A stretch of 63,767 nt of DNA from an uncultured Burkholderiaceae bacterium (GTDB lineage: Bacteria > Pseudomonadota > Gammaproteobacteria > Burkholderiales > Burkholderiaceae_A), in the NCBI GenBank assembly GCA_964442225.1, contig CAYTWR010000008.1, positions 1 to 63,767 of the forward strand, written 5' to 3'. This document shows positions 1 to 14,103 of this stretch, piece by piece. A program made the position numbers and the translations under genes. The number at the start of each line of letters is the position of its first letter. The stretch's first letter is position 1. The notes beneath the pieces are model-generated. The model was not told where the DNA came from. It saw nothing but the letters and a program-made list of their open reading frames with translations, and made no database searches.

Positions 1-838
1 CATCCCACTGTTTCGCAAGCCGCTTAAATGCCCCCGCAGGATCTGCATCGGCAACAATCGCCTGAATAATCGAGGCCGAGGCGCAGCCCGTGGCTCGAAT
101 CGCATTGAGGTTTTCAGAAGTCACGCCGCCAATGCCAACGACCGGGTGTGGAATGGCATGAACCCAGTAGCGCAGGTTTTCAATGCCTTGGCTAATCCAC
201 GGCATTTTTTTCGCGCGTGTCGGAAACAGCGGCCCGCAGGCCACATAACTGGGCGCGATCGTTAAGGCACGCGCCACTTCCCAGTAGCAGTGTGAAGACA
301 GGCCCAGCCTTAAACCCGCTTTTTGAATCGCATTGAGATCAGCACACAAACTATCTTCCTGGCCTAAATGCACGCCATAGGCGCCGTGCTCAATCGCAGC
401 CTGCCAATAGTCGTTGATAAAGAGCTGCGAGTGCGGAAAGTCTTGGCTAATGGTGATTGCCTCGCGCACCTGCGCTTCAATTTCCGGCGTGAGTTTTTCC
501 GATTTAATGCGCAGTTGAATAATGCGTGCGCCTGCCTTCATTAACAGGGCCAGCTGCGCGTTGTTATCCACGATTGGGTAAATGCCGGGCTCGGGATCAC
601 GCATTGGCGCAAACGGCGCTTGGTTGCGGGCTGCCGTTGCATTTAAATCGTGCAAAACAGGAAACCGGCCCTGATCTAGATCCATGATGGCGATCACCGT
701 GGCATCTTCGGTGACATAGCCTTGGTTTTGCCGCGCGTGTAGTGCGGCTTGAAGCGCGCTGGCCGCAGGCTCAACATGAAGGGCTAATCCGCTTGCCGCC
801 AAAAGCTCGCCTTTTACAAGCGCGGTGTTTAGTTTCAT
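1..838 (-). CDS. thiE: Thiamine-phosphate synthase (3' end runs off window), with ~80-aa N-terminal extension
   Basis: Not in the ORF track. Manual translation from ATG at 838 (overlaps thiG stop, ATGA) gives GIYPIVD..IIQLRIK..LFINDYWQAAIEHGAYGVHLGQED..LGLSSH..YVACGPLFPT..PVVGIGGVT, typical ThiE motifs; last visible gene of the thi operon. Confidence 0.9.
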   Translation of the reverse strand, partial: MKLNTALVKGELLAASGLALHVEPAASALQAALHARQNQGYVTEDATVIAIMDLDQGRFPVLHDLNATAARNQAPFAPMRDPEPGIYPIVDNNAQLALLMKAGARIIQLRIKSEKLTPEIEAQVREAITISQDFPHSQLFINDYWQAAIEHGAYGVHLGQEDSLCADLNAIQKAGLRLGLSSHCYWEVARALTIAPSYVACGPLFPTRAKKMPWISQGIENLRYWVHAIPHPVVGIGGVTSENLNAIRATGCASASIIQAIVADADPAGAFKRLAKQWD

Positions 839-1647
839 AGGGTAAAGGGTTGGCCTGTCACCGGGGTTGATGCGGTGGCAAAGGGCTGCGGGGGAATGAC
901 TCCTGCAATGTAGGCGGCACGGCCTGCGCGAATCGCATCGCGAAAGGCTGCGGCCATGCGAACGGGCTCACGCGCTTGCGCCACCGCAGAATTGAGCAAC
1001 ACTGCATCGAACCCAATTTCCATGGCCAGCGCAGCGTGCGAAGGCGCACCAATGCCCGCATCGACAATGAGCGTGATCTTGGGAAAGCGATCACGCATGC
1101 GCATTAATGCGTCGCGATTGGTAATGCCTTGGCCAGAGCCAATCGGCGCCGCCCAGGGCATGAGAATTTTGCAGCCCACATCGACTAAGCGCTGGGCCAC
1201 CACAATATCTTCAGTGCAATACGGAAACACCTCAAAGCCAAGCGCAACGAGCTGTTTGGCCGCGGCCACCAGCTCAAAGGTGTCGGGCTGCAAGGTGTAA
1301 TCATCGCCCACCACTTCAAGCTTGACCCAGTTGGTTTGAAAGATTTCACGGGCCATTTGTGAAAGCGCTACCGCCTCGTCGGCGGTGCGGCAGCCTGCGG
1401 TGTTGGGCAGAATTTTCTTGCCGGTTTTACGAATCAAATCCCACCAGGTTTTTCCGCCGCTCGAAGCGACATTGGCTGCTTGTCGTTTAATGCCCATGGT
1501 TACCACCTCGGTTTCTGAGGCGGAAATGGCCGACTCTAAAACCTGGGGGGAAGGGTAGCCGGCCGTGCCCAACAAAAAGCGGCTGTGCACCAGCACCTCG
1601 CCAAGTTTCACCGGGTCGTTGTGGACATCTGTAAACGATTGGCTCAT
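835..1647 (-). CDS. thiG: Thiazole synthase
   Basis: LPNTAGC, WVKLEVVGDDYTLQPD, MPWAAPIGSGQG, DAGIGAPSHA motifs; start placed at ATG 1647 just after the thiS stop. Confidence 0.95.
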   Translation of the reverse strand: MSQSFTDVHNDPVKLGEVLVHSRFLLGTAGYPSPQVLESAISASETEVVTMGIKRQAANVASSGGKTWWDLIRKTGKKILPNTAGCRTADEAVALSQMAREIFQTNWVKLEVVGDDYTLQPDTFELVAAAKQLVALGFEVFPYCTEDIVVAQRLVDVGCKILMPWAAPIGSGQGITNRDALMRMRDRFPKITLIVDAGIGAPSHAALAMEIGFDAVLLNSAVAQAREPVRMAAAFRDAIRAGRAAYIAGVIPPQPFATASTPVTGQPFTL

Positions 1648-1651
1648 GGCA

Positions 1652-1835
1652 TTAGCCTCCGGTAATGGGCTCAAAGGTCATGACTTGGTCATTGTCATTG
1701 AGCACCGTGAGTGCGCGCTGGTCACGGGCGACGAACACGCCGTTAATGGCCGTGGCACATTGAGTGGCGGCAATGTTGCATCGATCGAGCAACTGCGCAA
1801 GCGTGCAGCCCGACTCGCAGGGTGTTGCGGTGCCG

Positions 1836-1852
<17 letters not shown>
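1652..1852 (-). CDS. thiS: Sulfur carrier protein ThiS
   Basis: 66-aa ubiquitin-like protein MQVFLNG...ending in ITGG; lies between thiO and thiG. Confidence 0.93.
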
Positions 1853-5808
<3,956 letters not shown>

Positions 5809-5811
5809 GGT

Positions 5812-5892
5812 TGCTTTCCTACGCCGGTATCAGCCGGATCAGGTTCAAGGGTATTTCTCAGACCAGTAAAACACTGGTCACCCCTAGCGAAT
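5812..5892 (-). ncRNA. TPP (THI box) riboswitch
   Basis: Minus strand reads CTAGGGGTG..CTGAGAAATACCCTTGAACCTGATCCGGCTGATACCGGCGTAGGAA, the THI-box consensus, immediately upstream of thiD. Confidence 0.95.
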
Positions 5893-5907
5893 AACCAATC
5901 GTAACCG

Positions 5908-5939
5908 AAAAAAAACCCCGCTGGGGATCAGCGGGGTTT
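5908..5939 (-). terminator. Rho-independent terminator after the symporter gene
   Basis: A8-CCCCGCTG-gggat-CAGCGGGG hairpin (U-tract on minus strand); a second GC hairpin lies at about 5949-5978. Confidence 0.75.
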
Positions 5940-5985
5940 GGTGTTGAGGTGTCCCGGGGAAGGGGTCCCCGGGGGCACTTCAGCG

Positions 5986-8007
5986 TTACTTCGCCATCTT
6001 CAGGTCGGGGTAACGAACCGACTCGACCAGATCCTGAAGCTCGCGCCTCGGAGCAGGGGTCAGCAAGCTCACGATGATGATGGTGGCAAAACCCACGGGC
6101 ATGCCGAACGTTGCAGCCGAAATCGCAGAGATCTCGAACCACTCGGTTGTGACCGGCACATTTCGCGGAATGCCAAAGAACACTTCACGCAGCCAGACCT
6201 GGTTGTTGATCATGTACCAGAAGCACACGCCAATACCGGTCAACATGCCCAGGCTTGCGGCAATGCCGGTGGTGCGCTTCCAGAAGATGCCAAGCACCAG
6301 AGCGGGGAAGAAGCCCGCGGCAGCGAACGAGAACGCCGCACCCACCAAGAACAGAATGTCTGCAGGCTTTTGCTGGGCGACCAAGGCGGCCAACACAGCA
6401 ACGATCAGCAGCATCGACTTGGAGAGCATCACGCGACGGGAAACCGGCGCGGTCGGGTCGATCGTTTTGTAGTACACGTCGTGCGACAAGGCGTTTGCCA
6501 TGGTCAGCAGCAAGCCATCAGCGGTCGATAGTGCAGCCGCTAAGCCACCTGCAGCCACCATGCCCGAGACCACATAGGGCAGGCCTGCGATTTCAGGGGT
6601 TGCCAACACCACAATGTCTGCACCGATGGTGACCTCGGCAAGCTGCACAATGCCGTCGCCGTTCACATCACGAATATTCATGAGTGTCGGATCCACGGCA
6701 GCCCAGTTTGCAACCCAGGCCGGCAGCGATGCATAGGCTGATCCCACCACATCGTTGTACATCACGAACTTCACCAGAACTGCAAGGGCTGGCGCCGAGA
6801 AGTACAGCAAGAAGATGAAGAACAGCGACCAAGTCACCGAGTTACGTGCCTCACGTACCGATGGCGTTGTGTAGAAACGCATCAGAATGTGGGGCAACGC
6901 AGCGGTACCCACCATCAAGCAGAAGATCAGCGCCAGGAAGTTCTTGCGCGCTTTGTTCTGAGCAGCTTCGTCTTTTCCGGGGAAGGCTTGCGAATGTGAT
7001 GAAACCGGGCCTGCTTTGGCGGCAAGTCCTTTTTCAGAGTTCAAGCGCTTGGCGTAAGCAGCTTCATCAGCAGGGAACTTGTCCAGGGTTCCTGCAGCTT
7101 CAGCAGCAGAACGCTCGGCTTTAAACGAAGCGGAAACATCCTTCAGCTTTTCGGTTGCGGCAGCAGCACGGTCCTTGTAGATCTGGCGAACCTCCAGCTC
7201 TTTCGGATCGGCGTTGAGCTTTTTCTCAAGCTCAGTCACTTTGACCAACTGCTGACCATAGATCAACTGAGGAATGGGGAAGCCGGTTTGTTTCACCGAC
7301 AGCCAGACCAGCGGGATCATGTAAGCGATGATCAAAATAATGTACTGCGCCACCTGTGTCCAGGTCACGGCCTTCATGCCGCCCAAGAACGAGCAGACCA
7401 GAATGCCACCAAGGCCCAGGAACACACCGACCTCAAACGACACACCGGTTAAGCGAGTGGTGATCAGGCCCACACCATAAATCTGTGCCACCACGTAAGT
7501 GAAGGAACACAGAATGGCAATGGCCACACCAATCAGTCGGGGCAGGTTGCCGCCATAACGAGCCCCTAAAAAGTCAGGGATCGTGAACTGGCCGAACTTA
7601 CGCAGAAAGGGTGCCAGGAACATGGCCACCAGCACATAGCCGCCAGTCCAGCCCATGATGAAGGCGAGACCACCATAGCCTTGCAGGTAAAGACCACCGG
7701 CCATACCAATAAACGAGGCTGCAGACATCCAGTCGGCGCCCGTCGCCATCCCGTTAAACACAGCGGGAACGCGGCGGCCGGCGACGTAGTATTCGTCAGC
7801 ATCGCTGGTGCGGCTCATAATCCCGATGCCTGCATACAGCAGCACCGTGGCGCCCAGGAAGACATAGCCCATCATGGCCCTGGACATGCCCATTTGCTCG
7901 GCAATACCCAGCGCGATACAGAACAGAGCAAAGCCGCCGGTATAAAACCCGTAGACTTTTTTCAGTTGCGAGGTAAAGGCTTTTTGAGATTTGGCTTCAA
8001 CAACCAT
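5986..8007 (-). CDS. Sodium:solute symporter, ActP-like (VC_2705-type) with large soluble insert
   Basis: YYVAGR, NGMATGADWMSAASF, GTAALPHILMRFYT, GGLAAALSTADGLL; many TM helices. Confidence 0.9.
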   Translation of the reverse strand: MVVEAKSQKAFTSQLKKVYGFYTGGFALFCIALGIAEQMGMSRAMMGYVFLGATVLLYAGIGIMSRTSDADEYYVAGRRVPAVFNGMATGADWMSAASFIGMAGGLYLQGYGGLAFIMGWTGGYVLVAMFLAPFLRKFGQFTIPDFLGARYGGNLPRLIGVAIAILCSFTYVVAQIYGVGLITTRLTGVSFEVGVFLGLGGILVCSFLGGMKAVTWTQVAQYIILIIAYMIPLVWLSVKQTGFPIPQLIYGQQLVKVTELEKKLNADPKELEVRQIYKDRAAAATEKLKDVSASFKAERSAAEAAGTLDKFPADEAAYAKRLNSEKGLAAKAGPVSSHSQAFPGKDEAAQNKARKNFLALIFCLMVGTAALPHILMRFYTTPSVREARNSVTWSLFFIFLLYFSAPALAVLVKFVMYNDVVGSAYASLPAWVANWAAVDPTLMNIRDVNGDGIVQLAEVTIGADIVVLATPEIAGLPYVVSGMVAAGGLAAALSTADGLLLTMANALSHDVYYKTIDPTAPVSRRVMLSKSMLLIVAVLAALVAQQKPADILFLVGAAFSFAAAGFFPALVLGIFWKRTTGIAASLGMLTGIGVCFWYMINNQVWLREVFFGIPRNVPVTTEWFEISAISAATFGMPVGFATIIIVSLLTPAPRRELQDLVESVRYPDLKMAK

Positions 8008-8010
8008 GGT

Positions 8011-8274
8011 TTAGTCCTCCTCAGCCTCGGCAACGCCAAATTCTTTGTCCATCTGGTTCATCGATCGGGCGTAATACCAGATGATGGCGATGTAGACGAC
8101 CAAAGAACCCTGGGCTCCCACCCAGAAGGCGAAGGGCCAGCCAAAAAAGTTAAAGGAAAGATCGCGGGCAAAGTACCCCACGACAAAGGTCACTACGAAC
8201 CAGATCGCCAGCAAAAACGCTGTCTTTCTGAGTAGTGCTTGCCAATAGGCAACGTGCTTCTCGGTTAATTGCAT
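8011..8274 (-). CDS. DUF4212-type small membrane protein (symporter accessory)
   Basis: YW..LLAIWFVVTF..FFGWPFAFWVGAQGS; directly upstream of the SSS gene as is usual for this family. Confidence 0.85.
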   Translation of the reverse strand: MQLTEKHVAYWQALLRKTAFLLAIWFVVTFVVGYFARDLSFNFFGWPFAFWVGAQGSLVVYIAIIWYYARSMNQMDKEFGVAEAEED

Positions 8275-8365
8275 TAATTCCTCCTTAAGGAAGTGTTTTA
8301 CCGCTTTTGCGACTTATCCCGTCGCTTCTTAAGATCAATTCTTTCTCATTCAGAGGCGCAATGAT

Positions 8366-8974
8366 TCATCGGCGATATTTCGCAAATGGATCTTCAACGC
8401 CGGCCTGAACCCCTGTCTCTTTTTGCAATTGAGCCGCCAGTTGGGGCTCAAAGCCATGCATTTTTCGAATCAGCCGGGCGCACTGCTTGTCATCACCTAA
8501 TTTGTGGTGAAGCGCAGCGAGTTGGTAGTAGCCGTAGGGGCTCATGGGCTGAAGGTCGATCGTTCTTTGCAGGGCGGCTTTGGCCTCTTCGGGGCGATCA
8601 AGCGCAATCAGCGAGAGCGCACGGCCATAGTGGGCCCGATCCATTTTTTCTTGAAAACGAACCGCGTAATCGAAGCAGCGCAAGGCTTCTTCGTGGTCTT
8701 CGCGTTTTTGAATCATGAAGCCCAGGTTGAACCATGCGGGCGCGTAATTAGGGTCGACCTCCAGGGCCTTTCGCAGCAACACCTCGGCTTCGCGGTTGCG
8801 ATTGGCCATGGTCATGCAGTGGGCCGCCACCGTGTAATTTTGCGGGTCTTTGGTTTTGATGGTCGCGACCCGAATCCAATATTCGGCAGCAATTTCATAA
8901 CGCTTAAAAATCATGGCCCAATGCGCGATTTGGCTGTTAAACCAGGCGCTCAGCGCGTTGGTGATGAACTTCAT
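8366..8974 (-). CDS. Tetratricopeptide-repeat protein
   Basis: Repeated TPR-like units (ALEVDPNYAPAWFNLG, AHYGRALSL, IDLQPMSPYGYYQLA). Confidence 0.8.
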   Translation of the reverse strand: MKFITNALSAWFNSQIAHWAMIFKRYEIAAEYWIRVATIKTKDPQNYTVAAHCMTMANRNREAEVLLRKALEVDPNYAPAWFNLGFMIQKREDHEEALRCFDYAVRFQEKMDRAHYGRALSLIALDRPEEAKAALQRTIDLQPMSPYGYYQLAALHHKLGDDKQCARLIRKMHGFEPQLAAQLQKETGVQAGVEDPFAKYRR

Positions 8975-9297
8975 GCTGCCTGGGCTCCCGGAAAGAAAAG
9001 CCCCTTGAGAAAGAGCGCGAAAAATACGATCCAGTTGGGATACAGAAAGTCGACCGTTAAAAACCAGACCCAGAAAATAATGGCGAAGGCCACAAAGGGC
9101 ACATGACGGTCCTCGACCTTGGCGGGGGTGATGACGCGCACGCCCTTAACAACCGGGGAAGTGACCAAGCGAAAAAAGCGGTAGACCGCGTTGCTCTCGT
9201 GCTTGCCAAAGCTCAGCACATAGACCAACCCTTGGCCAATAAGAAGAAGGCCAGCGAACTCGGCCAGCCCTTTCAGTATTACAACCGTTTCCTGCAT
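8971..9297 (-). CDS. Small membrane protein, YggT-like
   Basis: Hydrophobic; NAVYRFFRLVTSPVVK resembles the YggT motif; coupled to the TPR gene by an ATGA overlap. Confidence 0.6.
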   Translation of the reverse strand: MQETVVILKGLAEFAGLLLIGQGLVYVLSFGKHESNAVYRFFRLVTSPVVKGVRVITPAKVEDRHVPFVAFAIIFWVWFLTVDFLYPNWIVFFALFLKGLFFPGAQAA

Positions 9298-9462
9298 AAG
9301 TCCCCTTGTGTGCAACAACCTGTCCCTTTTCCCTTTGATCCCCAAAGGAAGAGGTGGTCTAATTCTTGTCAGGTGCGCACAGTACTGTGTGAATTGCGAG
9401 TTGTCTACTTAGGGGAATCGAGATTGTCTAATGCACTGCAACAAGATCTGACCGAATTGAGC

Positions 9463-10923
9463 ATGGACATTCGGGTCGGCACGCTGATCCGCAAGTCGCC
9501 TTTGGTGTGTCTACCGCAAACGCCGTTGCAGCAGGTCTTTGAAGCCATGGAGCGTGAAAAGGCGGGCTCGATGCTGGTGGCCGATGAAACAGGAGCGCTC
9601 AAGGGGATTTTGACGCGTTACGACCTGATCAAGCGAATCATCTTGCCCAAGCTGCCTTTGACGACCCCGATTAGTCAGGTCATGAGCCAGGGGGTGGTAG
9701 CAATTGACTCCGAGAGCGGGGCCTTAGAGGCCATGTTGCTAATGGCCCGTCACAAAGTGCGTCACTTACCCGTCTTGCATCAGGGTTTTCTCGTAGGCTT
9801 GGTTTCAGAGCGCGACCTATTTAATTTCCAGCGTTCGAGTCTTCGCATTTTGTCGAGCGCCATTGAACAGGCCGAAACCATTGAGAACATCAAGGTCTGC
9901 GCCGGTGAGGTGCTGGCGCTGGCGCGTAGGCTCATGACCCAAGGGGTAGCAGCAACCTCGCTGGCAAGGCTGGTGAGCCATTTGAACGACGCCATGACCC
10001 GTCGAGTCATTGCACTTACCGAAGCGCGGCTCAAGCCCGAGCTTGGAAACCTGCCCACGTGGTGCTGGCTGGCCTTGGGCTCTGAAGGCCGAGAAGAACA
10101 AACCGTTGCGACCGACCAAGACAATGCCATCATTTTCGAAGGCGATGGCGAAACCTATCGTGAGCGATTCAAAAAACTGGCCGGTGAGATTAATCGCGGC
10201 CTGGCCGACATTGGCTTTCCCCTGTGCAAAGGCGGGGTTATGGCCATGAATGACAAATGGTGCCGAAGCGTCGTTGAATGGCAAAAAACCCTCGAGGGCT
10301 GGTTTTATCTGCCCGAGCCCGAGGCCTTGTTAGATGCCAATATCTTTTTTGATTTTCGTGGGCTTTATGGTGAAGTGCGTTTGGCAGAAGAGCTACGCAA
10401 GTGGCTTTCTGAGCATGTTTCTGACAGCAAATTGTTTTTGCGCTCGTTGGCCGAGGATGCCATGCGTGACAGCGTGACTAAGCTGCAAAGCAATGGCATT
10501 GCCTTAAGTGTTGCGCGTGCCATGCGAAAGCGGGGCTGGAAAGCGGATTGGCTGTCGCCGGCAACTTTGGAAATGAAGCGTGACGGCACAGCGCCCGTGG
10601 TGTATTTCGCGCGGGTACTGGCCCTGGCAAAGGGCATTGCGTCGACCTCGACCGATGAGCGACTGAAAGACCTCGTGACCCAAAAGGCTATGTCGGAGTC
10701 TGAGTCCCACTTAATGCGCGACGCGTTCAATGTGCTGCAACGCTATCGGCTCAAGGCTCAGCTGGCCTACGCGACGCGGGCCGCAGAAAAAGACCAGGGC
10801 GATGTTTCGCCCAATGTGCTTGATCTTGACGAGCTAAGCTCTCATGAGATCGAGCAGCTGTCCGAGGCGCTGGCCTCTCTGGGAAATCTGCGTGCGCGCT
10901 TGGAGATGGATTTTTTGCGGTAG
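9463..10923 (+). CDS. CBS-pair + DUF294 putative nucleotidyltransferase signal protein
   Basis: CBS pair (GILTRYDL, VRHLPV..GLVSERDL), ALGSEGREEQTVATDQDNAI, GFPLCKGGVMA, IFFDFR; start uncertain (TTG 9424 or ATG 9463). Confidence 0.85.
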   Translation: MDIRVGTLIRKSPLVCLPQTPLQQVFEAMEREKAGSMLVADETGALKGILTRYDLIKRIILPKLPLTTPISQVMSQGVVAIDSESGALEAMLLMARHKVRHLPVLHQGFLVGLVSERDLFNFQRSSLRILSSAIEQAETIENIKVCAGEVLALARRLMTQGVAATSLARLVSHLNDAMTRRVIALTEARLKPELGNLPTWCWLALGSEGREEQTVATDQDNAIIFEGDGETYRERFKKLAGEINRGLADIGFPLCKGGVMAMNDKWCRSVVEWQKTLEGWFYLPEPEALLDANIFFDFRGLYGEVRLAEELRKWLSEHVSDSKLFLRSLAEDAMRDSVTKLQSNGIALSVARAMRKRGWKADWLSPATLEMKRDGTAPVVYFARVLALAKGIASTSTDERLKDLVTQKAMSESESHLMRDAFNVLQRYRLKAQLAYATRAAEKDQGDVSPNVLDLDELSSHEIEQLSEALASLGNLRARLEMDFLR

Positions 10924-10981
10924 GCTAAGGGCTGCAAAATTTCCCGCAGAAACTTCTGCGGCATTCTTTCTCTAAGACGAC

Positions 10982-13765
10982 ATGACCCTGCCCATTGTCA
11001 TTTTGCTGCCGTTGTTTGTGGGAACCGTGCTGGCGGTTTTGTCGGCGCGCTGGGGCCGAGACGCTGCAGCGTGGGCGGTGGCGGCGGTGACGGGTGCAAG
11101 TCTTGCCTTGGTGCTGTCACTGGCGGGTCAGGTGTTTGAGGGCAGCACCATTATTCAAAGCTGGCCCTGGATCGCCGACCTTGGGTTTAATTTCTCGTTT
11201 CGGCTCGATGGCTTTGGCCTTTTATTTGCGCTGCTGATTTTGTGCATCGGGCTGCTGATCATTCTCTACGCCCGCTACTACTTGTCCGATGAAGACCCGA
11301 TCGGAAAGTTTTATGCCTACCTCATGATGTTCATGTCGGCCATGCTCGGTGTGGTGCTTAGCGAAAACCTGCTGTTGGTGATCGTTTTTTGGGAGCTCAC
11401 CAGCATTTCCTCGTTTTTATTAATTGGCTACTGGAGCCATAAGTCAGAGTCTCGGCGTGGCGCTCGAATGGCCTTGGCGGTGACAGGCGGTGGTGGATTG
11501 GCCATGCTTGCGGGCTTTTTGATCCTGGGCAATATCGCTGGCAGTTTTGAAATTTCTGATCTTGTCGCTGCACGCGAGCAGATTCAGGCGCACCCCATGT
11601 TTATAACGGCCTTGGTCTTGGTGCTGTTGGGAATATTTACCAAGTCGGCGCAGTTCCCCTTTCATTTCTGGCTGCCCGAGGCCATGGCAGCGCCAACTCC
11701 TGTATCGGCCTATCTGCACTCGGCGACCATGGTCAAGGCAGGTGTCTTCATGGCCGCAAGGCTTTACCCGGTGCTCGGAGGCGTTCTGGCCTTTGAATAC
11801 ATGGTGGCAGGTGCTGGCCTTATTACCATGGCGTTTGCAGCATATGTTGCCGTGTTTAAGCATGATCTCAAAGGCCTATTGGCCTATTCGACGGTGAGCC
11901 ATTTGGGGCTCGTCATGTTTTTGATTGGTTTGAGCTCGCCCTTGTCGGCAGTCGCCGCGGTGTTTCACATCATCAACCACGCGACATTTAAGGCATCGCT
12001 GTTTATGGTAGCCGGCATTATTGATCACGAGACCGGCACGCGTGATATGCGCAAGCTCTCGGGCTTATTTAAGTTCATGCCTTATACCGCCACGCTGGCC
12101 ATGGTTGCGGCCGCTGCCATGGCGGGCGTGCCCTTAATGAATGGCTTTTTGTCGAAAGAAATGTTTTTTGCCGAGTCGCTTGCGCTTGAGTATCTCGGCT
12201 GGTTTGGATTGATGGCACCGCTTGTGGTGACCTTTGGCGGCATTTGCAGTGTGGCCTACTCGGCGCGCTTTGTTCACAATGTTTTTTTTAACGGCCCCGC
12301 GCGTGATTTGCCGCGCACACCTCATGAGCCGCCGCGATTCATGAAGATTCCGGTAGAGCTTTTGGTGGTGATTTGTATTGTGGTGGGGCTGTTGCCAGGG
12401 CTGACCGTTGGCCCCATGGTGGCTCGCGCCGCGCTTGATGTCTACGGCAGTCCGTTGCCGGCTTACACCATCTCGATTTGGCACGGGTTTAACCTTCCGT
12501 TACTCATGAGCGTCATTGCGCTGGCTGGCGGGTTGGCCATGTTCTGGATGCTCCAGCATAAGTACCAGCTGCATTTATATGCGCCCAAGGCGCTCACTGG
12601 ACGCGCCCTGTTTCAGGGCCTGATTAAAGGTTTGTTGGGCTTTGCCAAGTCGATCACATCGAACCTAGAGAATGGCTCTTTGCAGCGCTATCTCGCACTC
12701 ATGGTCGTGGCAGTCGTGGCACTCGGGGCGTGGCCCTTTATCGAGCACGGCTATCAGGCGGGCCCGATCGCCAGTGCTGCCACCACGCCTTTTGCCTGGT
12801 TAATCTGGGCCATCGCGCTCATTGCAGCGGTTGCAACCGTGGTCATGCATCGTGTGCGTATCGTCGCGCTGATTTTGGTGGGCGTTGTTGGGCTGGCGAC
12901 TGCTCTCGTCTTTGCGTATTTTTCAGCGCCCGACCTTGCACTTACACAGCTGTCTGTCGAGGTGGTGACCACGGCCCTCATGCTTTTGGCTTTAGTGTTG
13001 TTGCCTGCTGCCACTCCGCGTGAATCATCTGGGGCAAGAAAACTTCGCGATCTCGGCATTGCGGTGGCCGCAGGCGCTGGGGTGTCGGCCTTGGCTTGGG
13101 CTGCAATGAGTCGGCCGAACGAAACGATTTCTTGGTATTACCTGACCGAGAGCCTTCCCAAGGGCGGCGGAAGCAATGTGGTGAATGTGATTTTGGTCGA
13201 CTTCCGGGGCTTTGATACTTTTGGCGAGTTGATCGTGTTGGGCATTGCTGCAATTGGCGTGTTTGCGCTGATGGATGGCCTGAAGGTCGATCGCAAGCTG
13301 CTGCCGGGCTTTTTGAGTCCTACGGTGCTCTCGATTGTTGCGCGAACTCTTTTGCCCTTTGCGCTTTTGGTCACCGTTTACATTTTCTTGCGGGGCCATA
13401 ATTTTCCCGGCGGTGGGTTTATTGCGGGGCTCATTACATCGGTCGCCTTGGTTATGCAGTTCATGGCCGATGGCCTTGAGCCAACGGCAAAACGCTTGAA
13501 GACCGATTTCAGCAGAGTGATTGGCGTCGGTGTGCTGATTGCGGGCCTAACGGGCATTGGCTCGTTTGTGTTTGGTTTTCCGTTCCTGACGAGCCACACG
13601 GCGCACCCAGTATTGCCACTGCTGGGGGAAATTGCATTCGCGAGCGCGGCTGCGTTTGATCTCGGGGTGTTTTTGGCAGTCGTTGGAGCCACCATGCTCT
13701 CAATCTCTGCGCTGGCAGGTGTGAGCAATCGCGAGCCAAAGGGCATTGCCAAGGGGGGCGCGTAA
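10982..13765 (+). CDS. phaA: Multisubunit cation/H+ antiporter subunit A/B fusion (Mrp/Pha)
   Basis: FTKSAQFPFHFWLPEAMAAPTPVSAYLHSATMVKAG, NVILVDFRGFDTFGE, GHNFPGGGF. Confidence 0.95.
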   Translation: MTLPIVILLPLFVGTVLAVLSARWGRDAAAWAVAAVTGASLALVLSLAGQVFEGSTIIQSWPWIADLGFNFSFRLDGFGLLFALLILCIGLLIILYARYYLSDEDPIGKFYAYLMMFMSAMLGVVLSENLLLVIVFWELTSISSFLLIGYWSHKSESRRGARMALAVTGGGGLAMLAGFLILGNIAGSFEISDLVAAREQIQAHPMFITALVLVLLGIFTKSAQFPFHFWLPEAMAAPTPVSAYLHSATMVKAGVFMAARLYPVLGGVLAFEYMVAGAGLITMAFAAYVAVFKHDLKGLLAYSTVSHLGLVMFLIGLSSPLSAVAAVFHIINHATFKASLFMVAGIIDHETGTRDMRKLSGLFKFMPYTATLAMVAAAAMAGVPLMNGFLSKEMFFAESLALEYLGWFGLMAPLVVTFGGICSVAYSARFVHNVFFNGPARDLPRTPHEPPRFMKIPVELLVVICIVVGLLPGLTVGPMVARAALDVYGSPLPAYTISIWHGFNLPLLMSVIALAGGLAMFWMLQHKYQLHLYAPKALTGRALFQGLIKGLLGFAKSITSNLENGSLQRYLALMVVAVVALGAWPFIEHGYQAGPIASAATTPFAWLIWAIALIAAVATVVMHRVRIVALILVGVVGLATALVFAYFSAPDLALTQLSVEVVTTALMLLALVLLPAATPRESSGARKLRDLGIAVAAGAGVSALAWAAMSRPNETISWYYLTESLPKGGGSNVVNVILVDFRGFDTFGELIVLGIAAIGVFALMDGLKVDRKLLPGFLSPTVLSIVARTLLPFALLVTVYIFLRGHNFPGGGFIAGLITSVALVMQFMADGLEPTAKRLKTDFSRVIGVGVLIAGLTGIGSFVFGFPFLTSHTAHPVLPLLGEIAFASAAAFDLGVFLAVVGATMLSISALAGVSNREPKGIAKGGA

Positions 13766-14103
13766 TGGAATTCTTGCTGGCGAGCGCACTTGGCGTTGTG
13801 ACAGCCTGCGGTGTTTACCTCTTGCTTCGAGGCCGTACATTCCCGGTCGTGTTGGGCTTGTCGTTGATTAGCTACGCAGTCAATGTTTTTATCTTTGCAA
13901 TGGGCCGGCTTGCCGCCAATGTGCCGCCGGTAGTGAGAGAGGGCGTCTCAACCTACACCGATCCGCTGCCGCAGGCTTTAGTGCTCACTGCCATTGTGAT
14001 TGGCTTTGGCATGACTGGCTTTATTGTTGAATTGGCCCTGCGAACCCGTTATGAGACGGGCTCAGACCATGTTGATGGCCGTGAGCCGGGTGAAAAGAAA
14101 TGA
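13765..14103 (+). CDS. phaC: Cation/H+ antiporter subunit C
   Basis: DPLPQALVLTAIVIGF. Confidence 0.95.
   Translation: MEFLLASALGVVTACGVYLLLRGRTFPVVLGLSLISYAVNVFIFAMGRLAANVPPVVREGVSTYTDPLPQALVLTAIVIGFGMTGFIVELALRTRYETGSDHVDGREPGEKK

Noticed and set aside
600-838. N-terminal extension of ThiE as a novel domain
   Set aside because: Resembles the degenerate ThiD-like N-terminal region I recall in other proteobacterial ThiE proteins; probably not new
9103-9423. N-terminal extension of the CBS-DUF294 ORF in the track
   Set aside because: Overlaps the opposite-strand membrane protein gene; recognisable domains begin near 9463
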